A DNA stretch of 64,000 nt from an uncultured Bacteriovoracaceae bacterium (GTDB lineage Bacteria > Bdellovibrionota > Bacteriovoracia > Bacteriovoracales > Bacteriovoracaceae), in NCBI GenBank assembly GCA_963747475.1, contig CAVVFE010000007.1, positions 23,963 to 87,962 of the forward strand. Direction: 5' to 3'. Shown here one piece after another: positions 1 through 10,966 of this stretch (position 1 is its first letter; each line of letters opens with the position of its first letter). Below the pieces are notes generated by a model. The model saw only the letters and a list, made by a program, of their open reading frames with translations. It was not told where the DNA came from and made no database searches. The position numbers and the translations under genes were made by a program.

Positions 1-2
1 AG

Positions 3-910
3 GACGCAGGAACGGCCATGCCCGTAAGCGATCCTTTTGACAAGGGCGATGAGCTTAAACTCAAGGCCCTGCTCATGAGCCCAGAGGTCACGATTAAAAG
101 AATCGCCGAACAAGACGGCGAGGCCGCCTCTCAGAAAACCGTATTATGAAAATATTCGCAAGGCCCATATGGCGGCCTTAACGAAATCCTCTCGCTCGTT
201 GAGCTAAAGATGAGCATGGACCAAGGGGGATACGATATCATCGTCCTAGACACCCCTCCCGGCGGGCACTTTCTCGATTTTTTAGAAAGCGCCCACAAAA
301 TAAAGGCCTTTTTTAATCAAAGCTTTGTTGAGATTTTTAACTCCCTTGGAAAAGGCGACGGCAAGGCCAAAAAGGGCGCGAGATTCATGACAAGAGTCGT
401 CTCCTCTGGCGTAAAAAAGCTTCTTGGCTATCTTTCCAAAGTCACGGGAGCCTCGTTTGTTGACGACTTTATCGACGCTGTTTTCGCCATATACCAATCC
501 AAAGGACGCTTTTCTCGGTGCGCTTGAGCTGCAAGAGCGAATAAGCGACCCTCAGAAGTCCAATTGGTTTCTCGTCACAAGCGTTGAGCAGAACAAAATC
601 AAAGAAGCTATGGAGCTTCAGCGAAGGCGCCAAAGGGCTTCTTGAGAGGGACTCTTATGTCATTCTCAACAAGTGTTTGAGAGACGAGCTGGAGGCCTGG
701 AGTCCTAAAGAAGAACTTGGAAAAATGATTAAAGATAGTATTGTGGAGAGAGAAAAAAATCACGAGAGTTTATTAGGTCAAAAGTTCGAGCAGGTGCTGC
801 GATTTTCAGAAATTTTGAAGACGAGGCCAATCGATCATGTTCGTGACCTGAAAGCTCAGTGGGAAGGAATTTCTTCCTCGGAAAATGGAGACTCAAATGG
901 AAAAATTTAA
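3..910 (+). CDS. ArsA/GET3-like P-loop ATPase, C-terminal portion (5' end off-window; reading frame interrupted)
   Basis: ORF 210-527 carries [19 protein letters not shown], which resembles the ArsA DTAPTGH switch. The protein continues in other frames (ORFs 424-645 and 584-910). There is an in-frame TGA at 147-149. Confidence 0.45.
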
Positions 911-1909
911 GAACACTTCAATTGTGGACGCGATCGGAAACACTCCGATCGTTCGCCTGCAAAACGTCGCTAAAGACGTCGATAGCGAAATTTATGTAAA
1001 GCTTGAATATCTTAACCCCGGCGGATCAATTAAAGACCGCATGGGCGTTTATATGTGCGAAAAGGCCGTTGAAAACGGCGATCTAAAACCGGGCGGAACA
1101 ATAATTGAGTGCACCTCTGGCAACACTGGCATAGGCATAGCTTTATACGCAAACACTCATGGCTATAAGTCAATTTTCGTCATGGCCGATAAACAGTCCC
1201 AAGAAAAGATCGACAATCTCAAGGCCTTTGGAGCGAAAGTTATCGTCTGCCCGACAAATGTCGCTCCTGAAGATCCAAGATCTTACTATTCTGTGGCGGC
1301 AAGCCTAAAAGAGATGCCAAACTCTTTTCATATCAATCAATATGAGAATATCTACAATGCCGAATGCCACTATCAGCAAACTGGCCCTGAGATTTATGAC
1401 CAAACAGAAGGCAAGTTTGACACATTCATGGCGGCGGTCGGAACAGGCGGCACCATTTCAGGCGTAGGGAAAATACCTAAAAGAAAAAATGCCTAATGTT
1501 AAGGTCGTCGGCGTTGATTGCGAAGGGTCGATTCTTGCCCATTATAAAGCGACCGGAGAAAAAATCGAGGGATCTTCTTACGTTCTTGAAGGGCATCGGA
1601 GAAGACTTCCTTCCTGGGAATGTTCACTTTGAGGTGATCGACGATTTCGTCGTCGTGAAAGACGAGGAAAGCTTCCAGATGACAAGACGTCTCGTCAAAG
1701 AAGAAGGCATTTATACTGGCGGGTCCGCAGGCGCGGCGGTGGTGGGAGCGATCAAATACGCCAAAAAGCTCGAAAAACCTGAAAGGATTCTTATTGTCCT
1801 TCACGACTCAGGGAATAAATACGCCTCCAAAATCTACAATGACGCTTGGATGAAAAAAATGGGCTATCAGGTGGACGATGCGCAGGACAAACCGACAAAG
1901 AGATACTAA
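885..1909 (+). CDS. PLP-dependent cysteine synthase / cystathionine beta-synthase family enzyme (frameshifted in this assembly)
   Basis: Motifs [35 protein letters not shown] and SGNKY are present. ORFs 885-1496 and 1496-1909 are the N- and C-terminal halves. The frame breaks at the A-runs near 1478-1496, where ...[17 protein letters not shown] is readable only after a 1-nt correction. Confidence 0.8.
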
Positions 1910-1958
1910 AAATCATCGGAGACAACGGAAAGCTTGCATGATTTAAAAGGGAGTAGGC

Positions 1959-3104
<1,146 letters not shown>

Positions 3105-3163
3105 AGTATTCCCTAGAGCGCTACACTTTGCTTACTTGCAAAAGAAAAGCGCCCCATCAGGGC

Positions 3164-3793
3164 CTAGAATCGGCCTTGGGCCTCGACTTTTTCTTCTTTT
3201 TTTGGCTCCTCTGTAGGCGCCTTTTCTTTTTCCTCTTCAACTTCTTCAACAACTGGAGAGCTTAGAGAGTTCCCGTCCGAGTAAAGGTCGACAGGCTCTT
3301 GGTACTTGGAAAAAAGATCTCCCTCATCGAGATGCTTTTTCAAAAGAAGATAGGCGCAATAGATTTTACCATGGGCGCTGGAGAGCTTTTCTCTTTCGCC
3401 TTCCGCAAAAATAAGACCTTTGTCCTCGAGAGTGCTTTTTAGATTCTTCCAAGACTCGCAAAACTCAGACGAGGAATTGCGATCGCACTTTGCCCCGCCT
3501 CTTTTATAGACACTTAAGCTTCCTTTGGAAGTTTCCTTGATATGGATCGGCTCGCGGCACACGTCCACTTTCCAATCACTATCAAGCAGCCCCTTGTCTT
3601 TTACAACGATTTCGCAAACGTCTTTTTTGAGGTAAAGATCATTTTTCATAAGCCCCCAGAAGTCGCCCTTATGGGTGACACTCGCTTCAAAAGAGGCCTC
3701 CAAACAGGCTTTGGAGGAGAATTTTTCGACATTCGCCCCAAAGACCAATGAGGAGAAAAGGAGCAGAGCTAAGCTAGATTTGAAGCATGACAT
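3164..3793 (-). CDS. Hypothetical secreted protein with Cys-rich core and acidic/Lys-rich C-terminal tail
   Basis: The ORF is intact. It has a signal-peptide-like [22 protein letters not shown] (internal Met of ORF 3164-3835). I recognise no family. Confidence 0.5.
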   Translation of the reverse strand: MSCFKSSLALLLFSSLVFGANVEKFSSKACLEASFEASVTHKGDFWGLMKNDLYLKKDVCEIVVKDKGLLDSDWKVDVCREPIHIKETSKGSLSVYKRGGAKCDRNSSSEFCESWKNLKSTLEDKGLIFAEGEREKLSSAHGKIYCAYLLLKKHLDEGDLFSKYQEPVDLYSDGNSLSSPVVEEVEEEKEKAPTEEPKKEEKVEAQGRF

Positions 3794-4893
3794 TTTTTTG
3801 TACCTCCAACATAATGGCCGACGCGTCGTAAGCAAGAAAGCCGCCTTTAGAGTCTTTCTTTAATTGAAAGAAAATCTCGTCCAGGACATCGAGCAGTTTG
3901 ATTTTTTTATTGTTTAAAAGAGTCTCAATCATAAGGTCAGGAGACAGGTCTTCCCAGTTTTTAACAAAGCCCGGGCGAAAGAAGAAGAAGCCGCTCTCCT
4001 CTATCAAGGGCTCTCTCATATTCGGCCTCTTCAAAATCGCTTTTAGGAAGTTCAAGTCATTTCCGGCAAAGTTGAGCTTCTGCCTGGAGCTTACAAGCTT
4101 AAAGTCGCCAAAAACATGGCCCTTCGCCTCGTAAGTGTTCAAGTCCAAAATACCGGTGAGAATATTTACAGAAAGCGGTTTTTTCTTTTTTGTTTTATTT
4201 ATTTCCTCAACTTCAGTTTTGATCTCTTTTAAAAACTCGATTTCAGACTCTCTTAGTGAGACTTTTCTTTTCTTTAAAGTCTGAAAAAATTTGAAGAATT
4301 GAGCTTGAAGCGAGGTAAGAGGACGTCTCGGTCATGAGCAGAAAAATCTTTCCGCCCGCGGTGAAAATATCAAAGAACTCGCCCCCCACGCTGTCTCCGG
4401 CCGCGTATTTGCTTAAGGCCTTTAGCCCTTTGAGGTCTTGAAAGCGTTTAGGTCTATTCTGTTCGTGGGCCCTCTTGACTCTGATTAGTTCAGTTTCGAC
4501 GCTTCCCATGGTTTTTTCCAGCTCTCTGTTGATGGTCAGAAGCTGGGACTTAAGGACCATAAACTCTTTCATGATGTTTTCGACTCTCAAAAGCTGAGAG
4601 CAAATTTTTTTTTCATCGTCCTTCTTGGAGAAAGCGAGAACGCAATTAGAAGGAAAGTCTGCGGCCTTGATTTCATCGCCGCCGTAGAGAGCGATCGCTT
4701 TTTGATGGGAAATCTTATTTTTGAAAAGAGCATCAGCGTCTTTCAAAATATCGGCATGAACAATTGCCAAATCTTCGCTAAGCCCATTGGCATAATTAAA
4801 AGTTGTCGAATCAAGCCGTATGCTGGAGAGGCCTAGCTCCTCTCGACTTCGCAAGAACTCCTCAATTTCCTGATTATTGTCAATAATTATCAT
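3774..4893 (-). CDS. PP2C/SpoIIE-family (RsbU-like) phosphatase with N-terminal receiver-like region, frameshifted
   Basis: AGDSVGGEFFDIF matches the SpoIIE/PP2C metal-binding motif (GGDfyD). ORF 4243-4893 continues in ORF 3774-4148 after a frame break near 4243-4330. Confidence 0.55.
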
Positions 4894-5086
4894 TTATAAC
4901 CTATGGGTCTCTATTTCCCTGCTTATGTCACTTTTTTCCGAACGAAAACACTAGTTTACAATAACTTAGCATACTTGCTGCAGGCTCATCCAACTTTAGT
5001 GTTTATTTTTATCTAAAACATCCGATTAGAAAAGGAGCTTTTTAAAAACCAACGAAGCGCGCCAATCGCTGAAGGATTAATTTTAA

Positions 5087-5855
5087 ATGAGCAAGAAAAA
5101 GAGCAACGTCATTAACCTGGACGAAAGAAAGCAGGCCAAAGGCCAAAAAGAGTCCGGCAATTCCTCCAACATGATGATTTCCATCATGAATATGACCAAA
5201 AGAATTGAGGAATTGAAGACAGAAAAGCAAAAAATTTGCGAAATGGCCGCTCGCACCATTCTTAAAGCTCTAGACGCCAAAGACAAATACACTTATGGCC
5301 ATAGCATGAGGGTGACTTACTTCTCCATGGTATGTGGCAAAGAGCTAGGTCTTGGCGACAAAGACATGTATGACCTTCAACTGTCCGCTCTATTTCATGA
5401 TATTGGAAAAATCGGAACTCCGGACGCTGTTCTTAATAAGCCAAGCAGATTGACTGATGAAGAGTTTGGAATCATGAAGCAGCATCCTTCCGACTCTTAT
5501 GAGATTCTCAAAGGATTCTCTGTGTTCGAAAAGGTCGCAAGGTTCGCTAAACACCACCATGAAAGATACGATGGTCGCGGTTATCCGGACGGCCTTAAAG
5601 GGGAGCAAATTCCTCTCTACTCTCGAATAATTCTCATTGCAGACACTTTTGACGCCATGACTTCCACCCGCGTTTACAGGAAAGGCCTTTCTTATGAAAC
5701 CGCCTTTCGAAGAGCTGGAAGAGTTCTCTGGCTCGCAATTTGATCCAGGACTAGTGAAAGCGTTTATCAGCGGAATGGAAAAAGAAATGGCGAAAAAAGA
5801 GGACAAGTTCTACATTCCGCTTATGGACGAGATGTATGATAAAAACGCCGCCTAA
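5087..5855 (+). CDS. HD-GYP domain protein (cyclic-di-GMP phosphodiesterase type)
   Basis: Motifs HSMRV, HDIGK and HHERYDGRGYPDGL (HD...GYP signature) are present. A frameshift near 5700-5740 leads to a C-terminus ...FSGSQFDPGLVKAFISGMEKE... that ends at the TAA at 5853-5855. Confidence 0.8.
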
Positions 5856-5858
5856 TTT

Positions 5859-7490
5859 CTATCTCGAACAAAAGTTCGTTTCCACGGCCATATCAATCTT
5901 ATATTGTTGCATGCCCGCGCAGTCCATTGGACTCTCATACACTTCACTAGGATAACATTCTATATTTGTGCCCTCTTTCAAATGCCACGCATAATTTTGA
6001 CCGCATTGCTGAAATGAGCTCTCGCCAATGCATGCCCAGTGCTTTCCTTCGCAATTATAAACAAGCCCTGCTCCTGGTATCGAGGTAATTAGGCGCAAGT
6101 GTGGGCTCAGCGTTTTCAACATTGATAGTCTGATCTCTTCTCTCTTTAGCGTTGGTTTCTAGTTGTTTTAAGATCGCAGTCGGTGATCTCTTCACCGCCG
6201 CCCGGCTCAGCAACTTCATCAATAATTTGTTGACCGATGTTAAGCTCTTCCGAAGGGCTCCTCATTTGGCGTCACGTCGGAGCGACTCAGCTTGGGGAAG
6301 GCTCCACCACAACGGACGGATGGAGCTTCTTTTCGCCTTCTTCCGGCTCGTTCTTCTATCGGCTCCTCTTCAGTTGCCTCGACGACTGGAGCTGGCTCTT
6401 CAGTTTTTTCTTCGCCGCCCGAGGTGATTTTTTCCTCTTCAAACAGATTATCAAGATCGTCATCGCTTGATTCCGGAGTTGTCGTTACTGTCGGCGCAGG
6501 CTCAGGAGTCGGCTCGGGCTCAGGAGTCGGCTCGGGCTCGGGCTCGGGCTCGGTCGTCGGTTCGGGCTCTGCTGTCGGCTCGGGCTCTGCTGTCGGCTCG
6601 GGCTCTGCTGTCGGCTCAGGCTCTGCTGTCGGCTCAGGCTCTGCTGTGGCTGGTCTCTGTCGGCTCCTGCTCTGGCGCTCTCAGGCTTCTGTCCTGCTTT
6701 GACGGTGTCTTTTTCTTTTTTAAGTCCCTTTTGTACTTAGGAACGATTTTTGGAGCGGGAGCCGCCACCTCGGTCTTTTCTTCGGGGCTCATATCAAGCA
6801 TAAGAATAATGATCACTCCGAGGAAGATAACGATATGAATGACTTTGATTTTTCTTTTAGGTTTTGCGCCTATCGGCAGCCGGCTCTTCTCCCTCTTTTT
6901 CTTTTTGCTTGGGCCATTCCAGCTCTTTTCTTTTTTGAGAGTTTGGCCGCCAGAGGCGCCAAACTTGGAAGATTTTTCTCAAAAAAGGCCTCTAGCTCGG
7001 ACTTCTCGGACTCTTCGACCTGCTGAGTCTGTGTGCCAGCTTTGAGCCTTTGTTTCGTTTTCATCTGGTCCATTGGACGGCCGCTTTTTTTGCCAAAGCC
7101 CAATTCCATGCCCCGAATTTTTTGAAGAAAAGGAAGCTTGCCAGGAAGACCCTTAGGCTTCTTGGAAGACTCTTCGCTATTCATAGTGTCTGTAGAATCG
7201 GAGTAAACTCGCCAGTCTTGTCTTCATCTAGACCTAAGTCAAGGTCTTGTGTCTTTTCGCCGTCAATTTCCAATTCTCCAGTCCTGTCTCTAGGACCTAG
7301 CTGCCCGGGGGGTGTTCTTCACTCAGGGATAACTCGTCCTTCACCGTCAAGCGCCTCGTCGAGGTCGAGTTCTTCTGACTCGTCTTCCATTTCAACTTCA
7401 ATATTTTCGTCAATGGAGTCTCCATCTTCATTCTTTTTGGAGAACTTTCCCTTCAATTTGCCAAAAATAAGACCGCTCCTAGCGTGGGTA
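5859..7490 (-). CDS. Membrane-anchored acidic Glu/Pro/Thr-repeat protein with Cys-rich C-terminal domain (multiple frame breaks)
   Basis: Minus-strand pieces, in order: acidic N-terminus (..[30 protein letters not shown]..), Lys-rich segment (ORF 6870-7184), TM-like [16 protein letters not shown] (about 6800-6850), (EPEPTA)n repeats and a 6-Cys C-terminal domain (ORF 5859-6122). Long plus-strand ORFs here (6292-6702, 7050-7499) look like antisense shadows rich in Ser, Leu and Phe. Confidence 0.4.
6497..6648. repeat. Tandem 18-bp (6-codon) repeat, about 5 near-perfect units plus degenerate units
   Basis: The unit ggctcgggctctgctgtc recurs head-to-tail at 6559-6648, preceded by ggctc(a/g)gg(a/c)(g/t)... 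variants. On the minus strand it encodes (T-A-E-P-E-P)n. Confidence 0.85.
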
Positions 7491-7710
7491 ATTGTTTAAC
7501 TTCTTTATATGGTATTACAAACGCCTGATTTATTTAAGAAAAAACGCCTTTCCCGACTAATACGCTCACCTATAACATTTAACTCCTGGGAACAAAAATG
7601 GCTCTTAGTCGGTTGTCCTCGGGAGAAAGTTCAATGCCCGTGAGGGTTTTCTTTTAATAAGAGCCCCATAATTTTTCGCTCCTCCCAAAAGAAAGGAGCC
7701 CCCTCGTGAC

Positions 7711-8513
7711 TTAAAGAGCTTGCTTAGGTTCCAGGCGACAAAGCCCCATCGTCTTGCGGACATTCACCTCGCTTAAAAGGCAAAGCTTTACCTCTCCCTC
7801 TTCTAGGTAAAGATAGGAATCTATAGAGAAAGGGGCGCTGGCGCCGAGGGAGAAGTAGAAGTCGGCGACCTTTTTAATTCTCTTTCTTATAGTCCAAAAG
7901 GACTGGTTCGCTCCAGTCCGGCTGGGACAGCAGAGTGTTCCTTTATATTGAAACTGAGAGTCCACAATGTTTTTATAATAAGTAATCTCCCCACTTCCAA
8001 GAACAAGAGAGCTGAAGTCCATGATTCTCTGGCGAAGCGGCTCTTCAATAAAAGACTCGCCCTTGCCTAGAAGCCTCTCTATTTTGTCCTTGTCTTTTGG
8101 CCAAGATAATGCGCCTCGCCACTTAGCTCTCCTAAGCTTTTATAAAGCCGTCCTATTTTGGGTGAAAAGTTCCCGGCATTTACAAGCTTTCCATGGGCTA
8201 GCCCTAGGTCTTTTGCGAGAGCGTTGGAAGTGGCCTTGGAGTGCAGCTTTTTATCTTGTTCCCTATCATCTATAGGGCACCACCAGGGACGGATGCCTTC
8301 CAGCGACTCAGTGGTTCTAAAACGTCTTCCGGTCAGGCGTTCAGTTTTTTTTCATAAAGAGAAGAGTAGTTTCTTGTGGTAAAGACGGGCTCGCTCTTCA
8401 AAAAAATGGACAAGATGCTCAAACTCTCTATTTTCTCTTGATGATTTAATCTCATATTTAGGAGACCCGCTAAAAAGCCAAGACTCATAATCGGCGTTAA
8501 AGTGCCAACTCAT
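7711..8513 (-). CDS. ATP-grasp-fold ligase-like protein (frameshifted)
   Basis: Two motif stretches support the call: ..IRPWWCPIDDREQDKKLHSKATSNALAKDLGL.. and C-terminal ..FSIDSYLYLEEGEVKLCLLSEVNVRKTMG.. (ATP-grasp E-x-N-x-R type). Its ATG at 8513 overlaps the stop of the upstream gene (ATGA). An apparent in-frame TGA at 8352-8354 abuts a T8 run. Confidence 0.5.
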
Positions 8514-9336
8514 CTTTCTTTCTCCCGCTTCCAGTCTTTTCTATGCGTGACTCTAAAATCGTCTTGATAATTTTTTAGCTTCTGAATAAAAGACTCGTCC
8601 AGTTTGGCCTCTTTTCTGGCCTCCTCCAAAAAAGTTTTCCTTTGGACCTTGCGGGGGTGATTGGCCAGGGAAGATTTTCATTATAATAAGTCCAGAAGTC
8701 TTTATCGCCCCTCCACTTTTCAAGATACCGAGCGCCCAGCTGCACATGAGACAACTCGTCTTCATAAACAATTTTTAAAGTGGAGGCCGTCTTCAAGTCG
8801 CCAAGTTCTCTAAACACTTTTTCATAGAAATGGGCAAAGTCGAGATTGGCGGCTTCAAATGTCAGAGACATGACCGAGCAAAATTTGAGGGGCTATCGAG
8901 CTTTCCCATTTGCCTCCAGAAAAAATCATTTAGCGGAAAGTCTCCAAACTCGTGCCCTATTTCGTTCAGTCTTTTCACATAGAGTTTAAAATGTAATTGT
9001 TCGTCTTGAAGGGCCTTAAAGATCCCTTTTTTAAACCTCTTCAGTTCCTCAGTGTGGTGAGGATAGATCAAAATGGCGGCGGCCATCATCTCCACCGCGA
9101 GCAACTCATGATTGGCAAAGCTATGAAGCGCCTGCGCCTTCTTTTTCAATGATATGAAAATGTCCTCTCGGAAAGCGAATTTGCTCACCAGTGAGTTTGA
9201 TCCTCTCGTCTCTTGCGGGGACTTTAAGATCATAGCCCTCTGAGCTTTTTGAGAACTCCAAAGCGTCAGGAGCAAAGAGCTTGTCTTCTATGCTTCCTCC
9301 TTCAAGAATTTTCCTCGCAAATTCAATAACTTCCAT
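8510..9336 (-). CDS. DUF455-type ferritin-like di-iron family protein (frameshifted)
   Basis: ALHSFANHELLAVEMMAAAIL, DEQLHFKLY and EDELSHVQLG fit a ferritin-like ExxH pattern. The gene is split into ORFs 9121-9336, 8862-9275 and 8575-8871, with a shifted tail ending at the TGA at 8510-8512. Confidence 0.6.
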
Positions 9337-9420
9337 TGATTTTTTCCTGACATTAATTTTTATAAATATTCTCTCAAGGATTCACATAACCGACCCGATA
9401 AGTCAGGCGTAGGAGAATCT

Positions 9421-10964
9421 ATGCTCAGAATTCCGGCCTTCTGGCTTATCTGCGTGGCCTTGAGCGCTCACGCCCAAATCGATATTAACAGTTTCATAGA
9501 AGCGAAAGCAAGCCGTCCCGAGGCGGGGACCTAAATATTGGCTACTACTACACCGTCCCCCAATACGAGGAAAATCCAGATCCTGAAAAACAAGTCACTA
9601 TCGAGTTTTTCTTTGGGGAATATGATGGAAGCGAAGAAAGTCGAAAGCAACTTGATTTTCTAAAAGAGATGATCAAGGACGATAAGTCCATCTCAAATAA
9701 GTTTGCTCTTGAAAGCCTCGCCCTCGCTCCCCACGGCGTTGACATTCAATCCAGCGATGAAATTGAGGAAATTGCCGAGCGGCTAGACCTAAAAGACATT
9801 AAGTATGAGAACTTCCAAGAAGGGGCTTTTGAAGTTCTAACGAGACAAAAAAGAGGGCCCTCCTCCATGGGGGAAAGAGTCGGCGCCTTTATCAGGAACC
9901 CGCGCAATTATTGGACTTTTATTCGCACCGCCACAGGAGCAGGTGGTGTGACAGCGAGTCTTGTTATCGCAAAGGGAGTGGCCCCCGCAGTCGCCGCCAC
10001 ATTCGGCTTTTTTCCGGGCATCGCCTCTGGCGGCATCACATATTTTAGCGGTCAGTTTGGAAACTGGATCACCAGCGGGGCGTGGAGCAGATGGCTCTTG
10101 GAGTCCGAAAGCATGGTCGCAAAAAACATGCGAAAAGGCATGAAGCTTACTCACAAGAGCTTTGAGGCCTTTTTTGACAAGACAAAGTCCGCCATACGAA
10201 AAACGAGTCCCAGGCTTTATAAAAAGCTCGCCAAGAACTTCGCCAAGAAATCGGCAAGGCCCACGACAAGCGCTGCGGTCAAGGCGGCGAGAATACTCTC
10301 CACGGCGGAGGAATTTGTGCGCTCGTGGGTGGCCGAAGTGGCCTTTACAAGCATAAGCATAAAGATCCCACAAGCGATTGCCGGCATTGGCCCTTCGGCG
10401 GGCCTCTTGTCGCAAGCGGGCGACATCCTCGCCGGCGCCACGATGGGGATGGCGGCGCAGAGTCCGGGCGACATAGCGATCATCAAAAGAAAATACCAAA
10501 AAGTTGAGGAGCTCAGAAAGCTCGTTCAAGAAGGGAAAGTCCCAAACACAACGAGCGAAATCGTGGTGAATAAACAAAAAGTCCAAAAGACGCTTTTGGA
10601 AGAAATCGATATGGTGCTCGCGAAAACGGGAGAATTTGAAAGCTATTCCATTAACCGTTTTTCTCATAAGGCCTTGCAAAAGGTGGAGAACTGGGCAAAA
10701 TCAAGAGCGACCATGCTCTCCTTTTTTACCGTCACCAGTGTCGGCATGGAGATCGCCCATATTCCGCTTGCAAAGCCCTTTCTAGCGGCGATCGGAGCGG
10801 GCGGAGGCCTTTATTACGCTCATGTCGCGGGAAAGATAAATCTCAAGGTTCCTGAAAAAGTGAAAAAGCTCTATAGGCCATTCAAATTAGGAAGGGTCAA
10901 GCTCAATATGAGAAGCGTCTTTTCGAGAATGTGCCAGTCGAAATTCGCTATGCGAAGCAATTGA
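9421..10964 (+). CDS. Hypothetical secreted/membrane protein (one frame break near 9530)
   Basis: A signal peptide MLRIPAFWLICVALSAHAQ starts at 9421. A frame break then leads into ORF 9669-10964 (431 aa), which has Gly/Ala-rich hydrophobic segments. I recognise no family. The antisense 280-aa ORF 9837-10679 is Arg/Cys-rich and was rejected. Confidence 0.5.
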
Positions 10965-10966
10965 TA

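Noticed and set aside
147-149. Apparent in-frame TGA codons inside conserved genes (147-149 in the ArsA-like gene, 2199-2201 in the cystathionine lyase, 8352-8354 in the ATP-grasp gene, 19471-19473 between the membrane and PAS ORFs). These could suggest TGA recoding or an alternative genetic code.
   Set aside because: Where homology can be followed (2199-2300), the protein actually continues in the other two frames before returning, so these are pairs of compensating indels. The TGAs abut homopolymer runs, and most junctions elsewhere are true frame changes. Intact genes end in ordinary TAA or TAG stops and contain no internal TGA.
6497-6648. A possible CRISPR array or other spacer-containing repeat at the 18-bp repeats (and likewise at the 33-bp repeats, 41710-42000).
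   Set aside because: The units are directly abutting with no unique spacers, are multiples of 3 nt, lie inside reading frames, and no cas genes are present.
6292-6702. A 136-aa plus-strand ORF encoding (GSGSAV)n, together with neighbouring plus-strand ORFs 6152-6470, 6467-6838 and 7050-7499.
   Set aside because: Their Ser/Leu/Phe/Gly-rich composition is what antisense of a Glu/Pro/Thr/Asp-rich gene produces. The minus strand gives a coherent architecture (TM, charged segments, Cys domain) and matches the orientation of neighbouring genes.
9837-10679. A 280-aa minus-strand ORF antisense to the 431-aa ORF 9669-10964. Similar long antisense ORFs occur inside feoB, flhA, fliP, flhF, the UDG-like gene and others.
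   Set aside because: Their Arg/Cys/His-rich or Ser/Leu-rich compositions, lack of motifs and complete nesting inside better-supported genes on the opposite strand mark them as shadow ORFs.
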